Positions 1-11,350 of a stretch of 48,927 nt of DNA are shown here, one piece after another. The position numbers and the translations under genes are program-made. The notes below the pieces were generated by a model. It saw nothing but the letters and a program-made list of their open reading frames with translations. It was not told where the DNA came from and did not search any database. Source of the stretch: Chiloscyllium plagiosum. Lineage: Eukaryota. The stretch is taken from positions 21,919,895 through 21,968,821 of the forward strand of contig NC_057719.1 of the NCBI RefSeq assembly GCF_004010195.1, in the 5' to 3' direction. Numbering within the stretch: the first letter of the stretch is position 1; every line of letters begins with the position of its first letter.

Positions 1-105
1 TTGCCTCCCATTCAAGTGTCTACCAAGATGCACCTTAAATGTTACTAACATGCCAGTTTCCATCAGCTCCACTGGCAGTGTGTCCCAGGCACCTACCACC
101 CTCTA

Positions 106-285
106 GGAGAAAGTGAGGACTGCAGATGCTGGAGATCAGAGCTGAAAATGTGTTGCTGGAAAAGCGCAGCAGGTCAGGCAGCATCCAAGGAGCAGGGGAA
201 TCGACGGGCTCATGCCTGAAACGTCGATTTCCCTGCTCCTTGGATGTTGCCTGACTTGCTGCGCTTTTCCAGCAACACATTTTCA
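106..285 (-). mobile_element. Penelope-like element terminal-repeat mini-insertion (family A), fold-back
   Basis: About 64-bp inverted arms 143-206 and 222-285; the same terminal sequence recurs at 922-1176 and 11351-11528; flanked by imperfect duplication acctaccaccctctagga / acccaccacctagga. Confidence 0.8.
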
Positions 286-510
286 ACCCACCACCTAGGA
301 CCAGTGAAAGACTTTTCCCTGCACTTTTCCCCTAAACTGTCTCTCTCTCACCTTGAAGCTGTGCCTAATTGTAGTCAACCTTTCCATCCTGAAAAAAGCC
401 TTTAACTATTCACCCTATCTATGCCTTTCATAATTTTGTAGACTGCTATGATGTTGTCCCCTCAGCCTCTGACGTTCCGGTGAAAACAATCCGAGTTTAT
501 CCAACATCTC

Positions 511-835
511 AAGGCGGATGGATAGGGGTAGTAGACAAAGTATTTCCCTGGGGTGTGGGAGTCCAGAACTAAAGGGCATAGGTTTAGGGTGAGAGGGGAA
601 AAGATTTAAAGGACCTAAAGGGCAGAAGGTGGTATTTGAGCTGTCAGAGGAAGTGGTGGAGGTCAGAACAATTACAACATTTAAAAGACATCTGGATGAG
701 TATATGAATAGGAAGGGATTATAGGGATATGGGCAAAGTGCTGGCAAATGGGATTAGATTAGGTTAGGATATCTGGTTGTCATAGACAAGTTGGACCAAA
801 GGGTCTGTTTCCATGCTGTACATCTGTATGACTCT
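511..835 (+). mobile_element. CR1/HER1-type LINE 3' fragment nested in the minus-strand CR1
   Basis: Typical 3' UTR ending ...gggtctgtttccatgctgtacatctgtatgactct, the same family as 9581, 19241 and 46371. Confidence 0.85.
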
Positions 836-921
836 CATAACTAAATGCTCTAGACCAGGAAACATCCTGATAAACCTTCTCTGCACCCTCTCCAAAGCAT
901 CCATGTCCTTCTGGTAGTATG

Positions 922-1176
922 AAAATGTGTTGCTGGAAAAGCGCAGCAGGTCAGGCAGCATCCAAGGAACAGGAGAATCGACGTTTCGGGCATAAGCCTT
1001 TCCTGAAGAAGGGCTTATGCCCAAAACGTGGATTCTCCTGTTCCTTGAATTCCTGAAGAAGGGATCATGCCCGAAACGTCGATTCTCTTGTTCCTTGGAT
1101 GCTGCCTGACCTACTGCGCTTTTCCAGCAACACATTTTCAGCTCTGATCTCCAGCATCTGCAGCCCTCACTTTCTC
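922..1176 (+). mobile_element. Penelope-like element mini-insertion (family A): inverted partial terminal repeat + two tandem hammerhead units + complete 3' end
   Basis: Perfect 15-bp target-site duplication ccttctggtagtatg at 907-921 and 1177-1191; inverted arms; 50-nt tandem unit. Confidence 0.85.
1053..1080 (+). ncRNA. Minimal type-I hammerhead ribozyme motif (core intact, one stem II mismatch); a mutated tandem copy lies at 1003-1030
   Basis: CTGAAGA-A-GGGA tcat GCCC-GAAA-CG-TC; the ACGT palindrome forms stem III. Confidence 0.65.
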
Positions 1177-1392
1177 CCTTCTGGTAGTATGGTGACCAGA
1201 ACTGCAATGCAATATTCCAAATGTGGTCTAATTTAAGTTTTAGACAGCTGTAACATAACTTGCCAACTTTTAAATTCAATTTCGCAGACGATGAAGGCAA
1301 GAGTACTATATGTCCTTCACCACCTTACCCACCTGTTTTGCCACTTTCAGGGATCAGTGGACCTTTACGCTCACATTCTTCTATATGTCAAC

Positions 1393-1960
1393 ATGTTGAC
1401 CTATATTTCAAAGGGAATGGAATGTAGAAATAAGGAGGTCTTGTTAAAACAATACCAGCCATTAGTCAGACCAGACCTGAAATATTGTGAACAGTTTTGG
1501 TCTGCTTATTGAAGAAAAGACATGAGAGCTTTGGAGGCAGTACAGAGAAGTTTTATTATGTTGGTCCTGGGTATGGAATAACTATCTTTGAAAGAGGTTG
1601 AGTATGTTGGATCTATATTCATTAGGATTTAGAAGAATGAAATTCTTCAATTATTAGGTGCAGAAAGGTTGTTTCCCTTGTGAGAGTCTAGGACCAGAGG
1701 GCATCATCTCAGAGTAAAGGGTCACCATATAAGTCAGAGATGAGGACTAATTTCCACTCTCAGAGGGTGGTGAATTTGTGGAACTCTTTACCATAGAGGA
1801 TTGCAGAGTTTGGGTCGTTAAGCATATTCAAGGCAGAAATAACCAGATTTTTAATCAGTAAGGGAATTAAGACAGAAATGTATAGTTGAGGATTATCAGA
1901 TCAGCCATGAATAACAGAACAGAGTCAGTGGCCTGTGTCTTATTGTCCTATGGTGATGTT
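1393..1960 (+). mobile_element. 5'-truncated CR1 LINE
   Basis: Translation MLTYISKGMECRNKEVLLKQYQPLVRPDLKYCEQFWS followed by a CR1-type 3' UTR. Confidence 0.85.
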
Positions 1961-2299
1961 CCCACATTGAACAATGAAGAGATGCTATGTTAAGCTGGTA
2001 GACAAGCTAAGTTCATATCTAATAGTTAATCTTCTATAGTGAAATTTTAGTGGTGTCCATGAACCTCTATTGATATTTGCTGAGGTAAGGCAAGTGAATT
2101 GTATTGTTCACTGCAAGATTCACTTCTAACATGTCCTTGGATTCTGGCCATGTGGAGGGGAAACATCCTATAAAGAGAACAAGAATATAATCAAAGGAAA
2201 TTGTGAGGAAGCCATTTTCATAAGCTCTTGAGAATAAACAATGTTGGGATATAAAATATATATTTGAATTTGTGTTGTTTTTCAATAGTGCATTGCATT

Positions 2300-2620
2300 T
2301 TTGCTTTTTACTGAGAGACAGCTCCCATCTCAACTCCTGTACATGTTCCAGTTTGAGTGATCCTAACAGTTCTGGTTCTCTCCTCTCTTGTGCATCCCTT
2401 CCTCCCTTTATGCTACTATTGGTTGGGCCTTCTGCTGCTTCAATCATCCTTGAATAGCCTCCTTGCAAACCACTCATCTTGACTGAATTATTTGTCATTT
2501 TGATTTGGTATCCCCTGGCTCAGCATCTGTTTGATTTTAAAGATATCTCTGTGAAACACCTTGAGGCTTGTTGCTTCCTTGGTACAAACATATGTGATCA
2601 AGTGATCTTTTGCTGCTTTG
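2300..2620 (+). mobile_element. Ancient L2-like LINE 3' relic
   Basis: Degenerate tail ...ctctgtgaaacaccttgagg... resembling the L2/Deu-SINE 3' end; highly diverged. Confidence 0.35.
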
Positions 2621-3877
2621 TTGATCATGCCTCCCCACTACCCTTACGTTTTAAATGAAAATAAAGTCAAAGGCTGGCCAAAAGGTGAGCTATTCATCTT
2701 CAAGGATGTGCATCATTTTCAAATATGTTTGATCATTCTTGTAAGCTGTGTGGTTACTTATAGAATGAGATATGTTACACTGAATAACAATTGCAATCTG
2801 TCTGCATATTTAACTGTGCTTTAAAGTGGACTATCTTAATACTCTAAATGAGACAGAAGGTTAAGACTCAGTAGATTACAAATCGGAGGTTGATGCTTTG
2901 GCAGTAAATTACTTGGTAAACTTGTTCCAAATGTGTTCATGCCTGACAGCTCAAAATTACCAGTTCTATGTTTAGCAGCAATATCTGAAACTAATGAATT
3001 AGGCATGAAAACTTTGGAACAAGAAGTGTTTATTTTGTGTTCAAAACTCAGTACCATTTCCTTGCTAGGGTGTGTCTGAACATGCACGTGTATAGTAGAT
3101 TTTCCAATCAATTACTCCGAATTATATGGGTTTTCACACAGAACATAGAACGCAGTAGCAGGAGAAGGCCTTTTGTTGCTTAGAACCTGTTCTGTTAGTG
3201 AATAATATCATGGCTGATCTGATTGTTGCCTCAACTTTACTTGCTATGACTCTCTTTTTGAAAACTTTGTCTAAGTCTGCTTTAAGTAAATTCAATGATC
3301 CACTGTTATCTGGGAATGAGTGGTCCACACACTAATGACCTCTAAAAAAAAAGGAATCTCTTTCTTATAAGGTTAAAAATCACTCAACACCAGGTTTTAG
3401 TTCAACGGGTTTATTTGGAAGCACAAGCTTTTGGAGCACTGCTCCTTCATCAGGTGGTTGTGGAGTGTAATGTTGTGGGACACAGAATTTATAGCAAATG
3501 TTTACAGTGTGTGTGCGGGGGGGAGGGGGGGGTGGGGAGGGGTGGAGGGGTATGACTGTCTGTGCCAATGTTTGTGTATATGTATGTGTTTGTGTGTGTA
3601 GTGCAGTGGGGTCACCTGCAGTGTGACATGAACCCAAGGTCCCGGTGTGAGGCCAACCCCATGGGTATCGAATTTGGCAATCAGCCTCTGCTCGGTCACT
3701 TTTCGTTGTTGCCTATCCTGACGTCCGTCTTTGAGGATGGTCACCCGAAGGTCCAAGGTTGAACACCCTGGAAGCTCAGGTGTTCTGTGAGTGGAGGGAA
3801 CACTCCTGTCTGTTGATTGTTGTGCGGTGTCCATCCTACGAATTGTCATGGTTGAGGATAAAGCAGATGAGTTGTAA

Positions 3878-5090
3878 CTTCATCCTTGATCGTAACGTTT
3901 TCACCTTTGATAACCTGTTCTTCATCCAGACACACGGAACAGCCATGGGGACCAAACTTGCACACCAATACGCCAACATTTTCATGCACAAGTTCAAACA
4001 AGACTTCTTTTCTGCACAGGACCTCCAACCAACAAGAGACACCACTTATATTGACAAACTTTTCTTCCTCTGGACCCATGGTAAGGAATCACTGAAAGAA
4101 CTACACAGTGATATCAATGAGTTTCATCCCACCATCAAACTCACCATAAACTACTCTCTCGTATTTGTCTCCTTTTTGGATACATGCATCTTCATTAAGG
4201 GTGCGCACCTCAGCACCCCACTCTACCACAAACCCACGGATAACCTCACGATGCTACACTTTTCCAGCTTCCACCCAAAACATGTTAAAACAATGACCCC
4301 CTATGGACAAACCCTACGCATAAACAGGATTTGTTCAGATGAGCGGAATGTGATGTACACTTGGAAGTACTCAAGGATGCCCTCATAAGAACGGGATATG
4401 ATGCTCAACTCATCGACCACCAGTTCTGACATGCAATAGCCAAAAATCGTAATGACCTCCTCAGGAGGCAGACATGAGCTGCAACCAACAGGGTACCCTT
4501 TATTGTCAAGTACTACCCAGGAGGTGGAAAACTACGCCATGTTCTTCAGAGTCGGCCATGCATTATTAATGAGGCACCTTGCCAAGACCTTCTGCACGCC
4601 TCCACTTCTCGCCTTTAAACAGCCACCAAAACTCAAACAGATCATTGTTCACAGCAAATTGCCTGGCTATCAGGACAACACTATACAAATTCATCATGGA
4701 GGACGCTGCAAGACGTGTCAGAATGTCGGCACGGATACCACCCATTACATGTGGGGACACCACCCACCATGTACGCGGCAGGTACTCATGTTGTCTATCA
4801 AATACGCTGCAGGCAAGGATGCCCTGAGGCATGGTACATTACTGAGACCAAGCAGAGGGTACGGCAATGGATGAATGGACACCACACAACAATCAACAGA
4901 CAGGAGTGTTCTCTCCCAGTCGGAGAACACTTCAGCGGTCCGGGCTATACAACCTTCGGGTGACTGTCCTCCAATGTGGACTTCGGGACTGGCAACAACG
5001 CAAAGTGGCCGAACAGAGGCTGCTTGTCAATTTTGTACCCATGGGGATGGCCTCAACCGGGACCTTGGGTTCATGTCATACTGCTGGTGA
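3878..5090 (+). pseudogene. PLE reverse transcriptase + GIY-YIG endonuclease, frameshifted
   Basis: QTHGTAMGTKLAHQYANIFM, TYIDKLFFLW (YIDD motif mutated), VSFLD, YHKPTD, CKTC linker and VVYQIRCRQGCPEAWYITET spread over several frames. Confidence 0.92.
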
Positions 5091-5105
5091 CCCCACTACA
5101 CCACC

Positions 5106-5106
5106 C

Positions 5107-5140
<34 letters not shown>
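5106..5140 (+). repeat. (CA)n microsatellite in the PLE 3' UTR
   Basis: Direct read; the inverted copy has (GT)n-rich sequence at about 3506-3600. Confidence 0.9.
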
Positions 5141-5141
<1 letters not shown>

Positions 5142-5509
5142 AGTTTGTGGGGTGAATTTGTATTTGCAGAATTACATTTTATTTTGCTCAAAACTGCATG
5201 TATCCATGTAAGAATCTGCAAATCCCTTTTTTAGATTAGAATCAGTCTGAACATTGGGGCACAGACAGCCTCACAGAGGGTACCTCACACCTTCAATGCA
5301 TTATCTGGGCCAACATGGCACCTATTGTTAACGTTTACTTGAGAATGTAACTTTTAGAATGTTCTGGAATTTACATATGAAAGAGCTGAAACCAACATGC
5401 TCATTCTAAAACATGAGAAACTTAACATACAATCCAGGTCTTTTTCAATTACATCACACTGTAAACTTTTGCTATAAATTCTGTGTCCTATGATCTTGTA
5501 CTCCACAAC

Positions 5510-5544
5510 CACCTGATGAAGGAACGGCACTCCGAAAGCCAGTG
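5510..5544 (+). ncRNA. Degenerate hammerhead motif in the family-B terminal repeat
   Basis: cac-CTGATGA-A-GGAAC ggc ACTCC-GAAA-GC-CA-gtg; U16.1 is changed to C and stem II is mismatched. Confidence 0.55.
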
Positions 5545-6856
5545 CTTCCAAATAAACCTGTTGGACTATAACTTGGTGTTGTGTGATTTTTAACTTTGTA
5601 CACCCCAGTCCAACACTGGCACCTCCAAACCTTTCTTACAAGGGAAGCCTTTTATTCTTAAACTGTGTCCCCAATTCTAGTCTTGCCTACAAGAGAAAAC
5701 ATTCTCCTCGCATCCACTCTGTCAGGTTCTGTCAGGACCTTCTACGTTTCAAAGTGATTCCATTTCATACTCCCAAATTCCAATGGATGTAGACTCAATC
5801 CGTTCAGGTCTTCTTCCTAAAGTAAGCCCTTCATCCCAGGAATAATAGTGAACTTCCCTGAAATGCTTCCAACCCAATTGTTTCTTTTCAAATGGAAACA
5901 AAACTGAAGATGGTATGTAGCAATAGTCTCACCAAGGCCCTGTTTGTCTGCAGTAGAACTTTTCTACTTTAATATTGCATTCCCTTTGCAATAAATGGCA
6001 ACATTCCATTTAATTATTCATGTACCAGATTACTCTGCACTTCTAAGTCTCTCTCCATTTAAATAGTGTACACTGCTTTTTCATTTTTCCCACATTATAC
6101 AGCAACTTTCAATTTTTTTTTTGCCAACTCACTTATTCTATTTACAACCCTTTACAGACTCTGCTTCTTCTTGACAACTTGAATTCTAATTTATCTTGGC
6201 GTCATCAGCAAATTTAGTGACCATGCATTTGGATCCCAGTCCAAATAATTGTGTGTATGTGATGCCTCAATATTGATTCCTGTGATACTCAAAAAGTTAC
6301 AGCTTGCCAACCCAAAAAGAGCCATTTATCCCTCCTCTTTGCTTCCTGTTAACAACCATCCTTTGTCTATACACATGTCACCTCCTACAACATTGTTCGT
6401 ATCTTGTGTAGCATTCTTATCAAATGCCTCTTAATAATCCAAGTTCATGACAAGTTTCCTTTCATCCAACCTGCCCATAACCTCCTCATAAAATCTCCAA
6501 TAAGTAGCTAAACATAATTTCACAAATTCTGTAACAACCTTGGAATCCAGAATGTTCCAAATAAGTTGTAACTAATTTAGAAAACATTATAGGTGACCTT
6601 TGACCTTTACATTTACATACCACGGTTTCAACAACTACCATATTTCACGTTTTTGCTTTTTCTGATTTTATTTACAACAAGGTTCGGAGTTTGGCTTATG
6701 AAATTAAGAGAACAACATTTTTACCTAATTTTGACATCATCCATACAAAGCATAATCATTGGCTGGAATATCAAGACGAGGATAATTGGAAAAAAATGTA
6801 TAATTCCCCTTCTTTCTGATTCCATTTGCTTGTTTGGACAAGATTACAAAAAAAAA

Positions 6857-7110
6857 ATTGCATTCTACAAACACATTTCCTGATCACTGGACATCTCAAA
6901 GCATTTTACAGACAGTAAAGTACTTTTGAACTGCAATCACTGATGTAATCAAGGAAACAAATTTAATAGCACTTAGCAAACCAAGTAATCAGCTGATACA
7001 AACTGTCTCTGAATCCAACTTTTCAGCTAGTGTTAACCCCTAAAAGTAAACAGCATAGTAAGAAGACCTCATTTTTTGAACTGTGAGATTTGGAATAACA
7101 CAGTGCTCTA
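6857..7110 (-). mobile_element. Ancient Deu-domain SINE relic (AmnSINE/SacSINE-like)
   Basis: ttgcattcta...catctcaaagcattttacagacagtaaagtacttttgaactgcaatcactgatgtaat resembles the reverse complement of the Deu-SINE 3' region. Confidence 0.5.
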
Positions 7111-8094
7111 TCAGACTGTTAAAATCATAGATGGAATGAGACATATTCACCTTGATCACCTGTTTTAATGTATCTCAACATTGAAACAGATTTATGATCT
7201 GTTTTACTCATTTTGGTCGTAAATCTCACTCCAACATTTCCCCAGTTCCAAACAACTACATCACCCAGCCCTCGGCGATTCTCACTTCAGACACCCGATA
7301 ATTCACTCCACGCTTAAAACGGGATGAATTCTGATTAGTAAGATTGTTCATTTCCTTTCATTTGTCACTTTTCATCTCTATTTAATTACCTTGGATGTTT
7401 CTGGGTGGTTAATTGTTCCGCCAGTGAGCTAACTCTGATTATTTACTCAGGTCTTGTGGGTTACCATGATATCTTTTACCTACTTACTGAGAACAATGTC
7501 AGAGGAATTGTAATTCTGCAGTAGCATCATTCACTTATAATTGCCAGCAAGTAGAAATGTGCATCTCAGCACGTCAAAGAATTTGTGACTACTTTGGATC
7601 TAGCAGACCACAATTAATGGATGTTTATTTATAAGCATCAGATTCAACTCCCAAAATGAATAGCCCTTTTCACTAAAGAATGCTTGCAAGCTCACTTGAA
7701 AGTAAATAGATTGTTGCATGAAAATAAAACAGCATGTGGCATGTCTCAGTTCTCAGTCTGCCTCTATGGGTCACATTATAATTTGTGCATTCACTCCTCA
7801 GTGTAAAACATTGCTGGTGGTTAAAGGACTACACTCAATTAGAGAAGGCAGCGTTTTCATTGCTTATTGTGGAATTATTGCAGGACTTTTCAGTAGCTAC
7901 TTTGATTCAGCACTTAGAAATCAATATGACAGATACTTAATAGTGGGAGTGTGGAGGGCAAAACTTCAACAGCTGGGAAAACAACTTGGAGAATCACCTA
8001 AGTCCAATATTTCTGGCATAAGCAGCAAGTCACTTGCCAATTATCAGCATTGGAGTGTGCAGTGAGTGTCGTCTGTGCTGCTGAGCATTTCAGT

Positions 8095-8335
8095 GTGGTT
8101 CAGAGGCTCAGTGATTAGTTCTGTTGCCTTATAGCGCCAAGGACTCGATTTCGGTCAACTGTCGGTGTGGAGTTTCTTCCTGTGTCAGCATGGGTTTCCT
8201 CCTGAAGTCCAAAGATGTGCAGGTTAGGTGGATTAGCCTTGCTAAATTCCCTTAGGTGTCCAGGGATGTGCAGTCTACGTGAATTAGACAGGGTGATAGG
8301 GTAGGGAGATGGGTCTGGGTGGGATGCTTTTCAGA
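8095..8335 (+). mobile_element. Degenerate HE1-type SINE
   Basis: Matches 9951-10255 (gtgtggagttt..., gggtttcctcc..., gtccaaagatgtgcaggttaggtggatt..., gggtctgggtggg). Confidence 0.75.
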
Positions 8336-8684
8336 TTTGTAAAATTCAAATTAAATTTGAAAAATAAACAAACTGGAATTAAAAGCTAATGATATAATCA
8401 TTATTCTTTCCATATGCTCCTTCTAGTTGTTAATGATATCCTCGTCAACTCTGAGTGACAAAGAGCAAGGTATTGCAAATACCTTTAGCTTCAGGGTGGA
8501 AAGAGGCTGATCTATGAAAAGAATGGTCATATTTCACTTTCATAGTTACTACCAATGCAATCAGTTATCAGTCTAGCCTGAGGTTGTAGGTAGATTTCAG
8601 TGAGAACAACCTTACTTAAATGCAGATGTCTGACACATTGTTCCTTGCTGAGTTTCAGTTGGAGAATTGATTTCTGAGCAGAAA

Positions 8685-8880
8685 GAAAACCTGAAAGAAC
8701 TGCAGATGCTGTAAATCAGAGACAAACATAGAAATTGCTGGAAAATGGAGGAAGAGGGAAAGGCAGAGAAGGGTTCTCAACCTGTGGTCCTTAGAAATCT
8801 GAGGAAGGGTCACTCAACCCAAAATGTTAACTCTGATTTCTCTTACAGATGTGGCAGAACTACTGAGCTTTTCCAGTAAC
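8685..8880. mobile_element. PLE terminal-repeat fold-back relic with a mutated hammerhead at 8799-8829
   Basis: actgcagatgctg...ttgctggaaaa arm and ...cttttccagtaac arm; CTGAGGAAGGGT...ACCC-AAAA-TGTT. Confidence 0.6.
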
Positions 8881-8894
8881 CTGGCCTGCACAGA

Positions 8895-9055
8895 ATTTTT
8901 TAAAAATGCTTTGAGGAACTCATTGCTGAGTGAGCATTTATTGCCCATTATTGTCCCTAATTGCTCACAGGGAAGTTAAAAGTCAACCTTGTTGCAAAGG
9001 GTCTGTAAAAATTGATCATCATCTGGTTTATAAAAAATGATTTTCCCTAAACAAA
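8895..9055 (-). mobile_element. Degenerate SINE 3' part sharing its tail with the L2/Crack-like LINE
   Basis: gcatttattgccc...ccctaattgc is the reverse complement of the tail seen at 43215-43235. Confidence 0.45.
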
Positions 9056-9154
9056 GTGTAGGTACAATGTAAGAACTCAGTCTAGGTTCTAGCAAAGCTA
9101 TTTGACTCCATTGCTCAGTGCAATACTGGTCCAACCAGGCAAACAGGAGCTGAA

Positions 9155-9575
9155 TTCCAGGAGGGAGTTGAGTTAGCTTAAACATTAAAGTAACATTTGG
9201 CCAATTGTAGCATTAAGGATCCAAGACTTTAAATCAATGGAAACCTTGCTGGAGTCAAAACTTGCACAAACGAAGAGGGTGATAGCTTTTTGGAAGTCAA
9301 TTATCTTGCTCCAGTATATAGCAACATGAGTTTATCAAGGCAATGATCTAGGCCCAAACATCTTCAGCTGACTTATCAATGTCCTTTCTTCCATGATGAC
9401 GTGAGAAACAGTTATACTCACTGATGCTGGTGATTAATGCACTTTCTGATTCCCCAAAATCATTTCGCCATCCGCAAGACATAAGTCAGTAGTGTGATAG
9501 AATATATCCACTTACCCAGGTGAGTGCAATTGCAATAGCACCCAACAATTCAACAACATCCAGGACAAAGCAATG
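9155..9575 (+). mobile_element. Degenerate L2/Crack-like (CR1-group) LINE fragment
   Basis: Similar to 42070-43230 (caacatccaggacaaagca; ctaggcccaaacatcttcagctg...atcaatg RT motif region). Confidence 0.55.
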
Positions 9576-9950
9576 CAAAAAGAGTCATAGAGTCATAGAG
9601 ATGTACAGTGTGGAAACAGACCCCTCGATCTAAATTGTCCATGCTGACCAGATATCCCAATATAATTCAGTACCATTTGCCAGCACTTGGCCCATATCCC
9701 TCTAAAGCCTTCCTAATCAAATACCCATCCTGATGCCTTTTAAATACTGCAATTGTACCAGCCTCCACCACTTCCTCTGGCAGCTCATTCCATACACGCA
9801 CCACCTTCTGCATGAAAAAGTTGCCCCTTAGGTCCCTTTTAAAAATTTTCCCCCCTCACCCTAAGCCTATACCATCTATTTCTGGACTCCCCCACCCCAG
9901 GGAAAATAATTTGTCTATTTATCCTATCCATGCCCCTCATGCTGGGTGTG

Positions 9951-10255
9951 GGGCGGCATGGTGGCTCAGCGGTTAGTACCAGGGTCCCAGGTTCAATTCC
10001 AGCCTCAGGTGACTGTCTGTGTGGAGTTTGTACATTCTCCCCATGTCTGCGTGGGTTTCCTCCGGGTGCTCCAGTTTCCTTCCACAGTCCAAAGATGTAC
10101 CGGTCAGGTGAATTGGCCACGCTAAATTGCCCATAGTGTTAGGTGTATTAGTCAGAGGGAAATGGTTCTGGGTGGGTTACTCTTCAGAGGGTCGGTGTGG
10201 ACTTGTTGGACTGAAGGGCCTGGTTTCACACTGTAGGGAATGTAATCTAATCTAA
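9951..10255 (+). mobile_element. HE1-type tRNA-derived SINE, full length
   Basis: Pol III A box tggctcagcgg and B box ggttcaattcc, V-domain-like core (gtgtggagtttg...tgcgtgggtttcctccgggtgctcc), and a LINE-like tail ending (aatct)n. Confidence 0.92.
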
Positions 10256-10810
10256 TGATTTTATAAACCTCTATGAGGTCGCCTCTCAGCTTTCAACACT
10301 CCAGGGAAAACAGCCCGGCCTATTCAGCCTCTCCCTGTAGCTCAAATCCTCCAACCCTGACAACATTCTTGTAAATCTTTCCTGAACCCTTTCAAGTTTC
10401 AGAACTTTCTTCTGATAGGAGGGAGATCAGAATTGCACGCTATATTCCAACAGTTGCCTAATCAATGTCCTGTACAGCTGCAACATGATGTCCCAATTCC
10501 TATACTCAATGTTCTGACCAATAAAGGAAAGCATACTTCACTATCCTATCTATCTGCGACTCAACTTTCAAAGAGCTATGAACCTGCACTCCAAGGTCTC
10601 TTTGTTCAGCAATACTCCCTAAAAACTTACAATCAAATATAAAAGTCCAAATCTGATTTGCTTTTCCAAAGTGCAGCACCTCACATTTGTCTAAATTTAA
10701 CTCGATTTGCCACTCCTCAGCCCATTGGCTCACCCGATCAAGGTCCTGTTCTAATCTGAGGTAAAGGACCGCAATTTCCCCCCAGACGTAGTCGACGATG
10801 CCCTCCATCA

Positions 10811-11350
10811 GGTTCCTCTATCTCTATCCATTCCAGCATGCACACCTGCTATTCAAATGTTTCATTCACTACAAAGTTCGTTTCATTCGTAAAGACCGAA
10901 GCAAAAAACTCATTTAGGGATTCTCCTACCTCCTCAGACTCCACGCACAAGATCCCTATGCTATCCCTGATTGGCCCTACTCTTTCTTTGACCATTCTCT
11001 TATTCCTCACATAAGTGTAAAATGTCTTTGTGTTCTCCCTAATCCGTTCTTCCAAGCCTTTCTCGTGCCTCCTCCTGGCTCTCCTCAGACCATTTTTGAG
11101 CTCCTTCCTCGCCTGCCTGCAATCCTCTAGAGCTGAGCTTTACCCTAGCTTCCTCCACCTTTTGTAAGCTACCTTCTTCCTTTTCACGAGAAGCTCCACC
11201 GTTCTCGTCATCCAAGGTTCCTTTATCTTAACCCTTATTGCCTGTCTCAGAGGGACATATTTATTCATCACTCGCAACAACTGTTCCTTAAACAGTCTCC
11301 ACAGGCCTATAGTGCCTTTACCATGGAACAATTGTACCCAATCCATGCTC
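10811..11350 (-). mobile_element. Internal CR1 ORF2 fragment (endonuclease-RT linker) embedded between PLE sequences
   Basis: KEPWMTRTVELLVKRKKVAYKRW and ENTKTFYTYVRNKRMVKERVGPIRD...LNEFFASVFT. Confidence 0.9.

Larger units (their letters stand above)
1..1393 (-). mobile_element. 5'-truncated CR1-type LINE (ORF2 C-terminus + 3' UTR), interrupted by three younger insertions (106-285, 511-835, 922-1176)
   Basis: Minus-strand translations LDKLGLFSPERQRLRG, YYQKDMDALERVQRRFIRMFPGL and LQFWSPYYQK are colinear CR1 ORF2 C-terminal motifs once the inserts are removed. Confidence 0.85.
3373..5630 (+). mobile_element. Penelope-like retroelement (family B), 5'-truncated with an inverted 5' copy of its own 3' end
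   Basis: RT and GIY-YIG remnants; 3373-~3835 is an inverted copy of the 3' region; target-site duplication ctttcttataagg (3360-3372) / ctttcttacaagg (5631-5643). Confidence 0.92.
3138..6530 (-). mobile_element. Old CR1 LINE split by the PLE at 3373-5630
   Basis: Starts with an acagaacatagaa tail repeat; CR1 3' UTR sequence resumes colinearly after 5643; the reverse complement of gtcatcagcaaa near 6201 gives the FADD RT motif. Confidence 0.7.

Noticed and set aside
143..285. Pre-miRNA hairpin
   Set aside because: The arms are inverted copies of a PLE terminal repeat found many times in the window.
35..1300. ORFs 35-286 and 764-1300 sharing MLPDLLRFSSNTFS as a repeated protein domain
   Set aside because: The shared peptide is a translation artefact of the non-coding PLE terminal repeat.
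3759..4388. 209-aa ORF as a functional RT gene
   Set aside because: It is a 5'-truncated PLE fragment, the catalytic YIDD reads YIDK, and the downstream part is frameshifted.
9951..10020. tRNA gene
   Set aside because: The A/B boxes are the head of an HE1 SINE continuing into the SINE core and tail; there is no complete cloverleaf.
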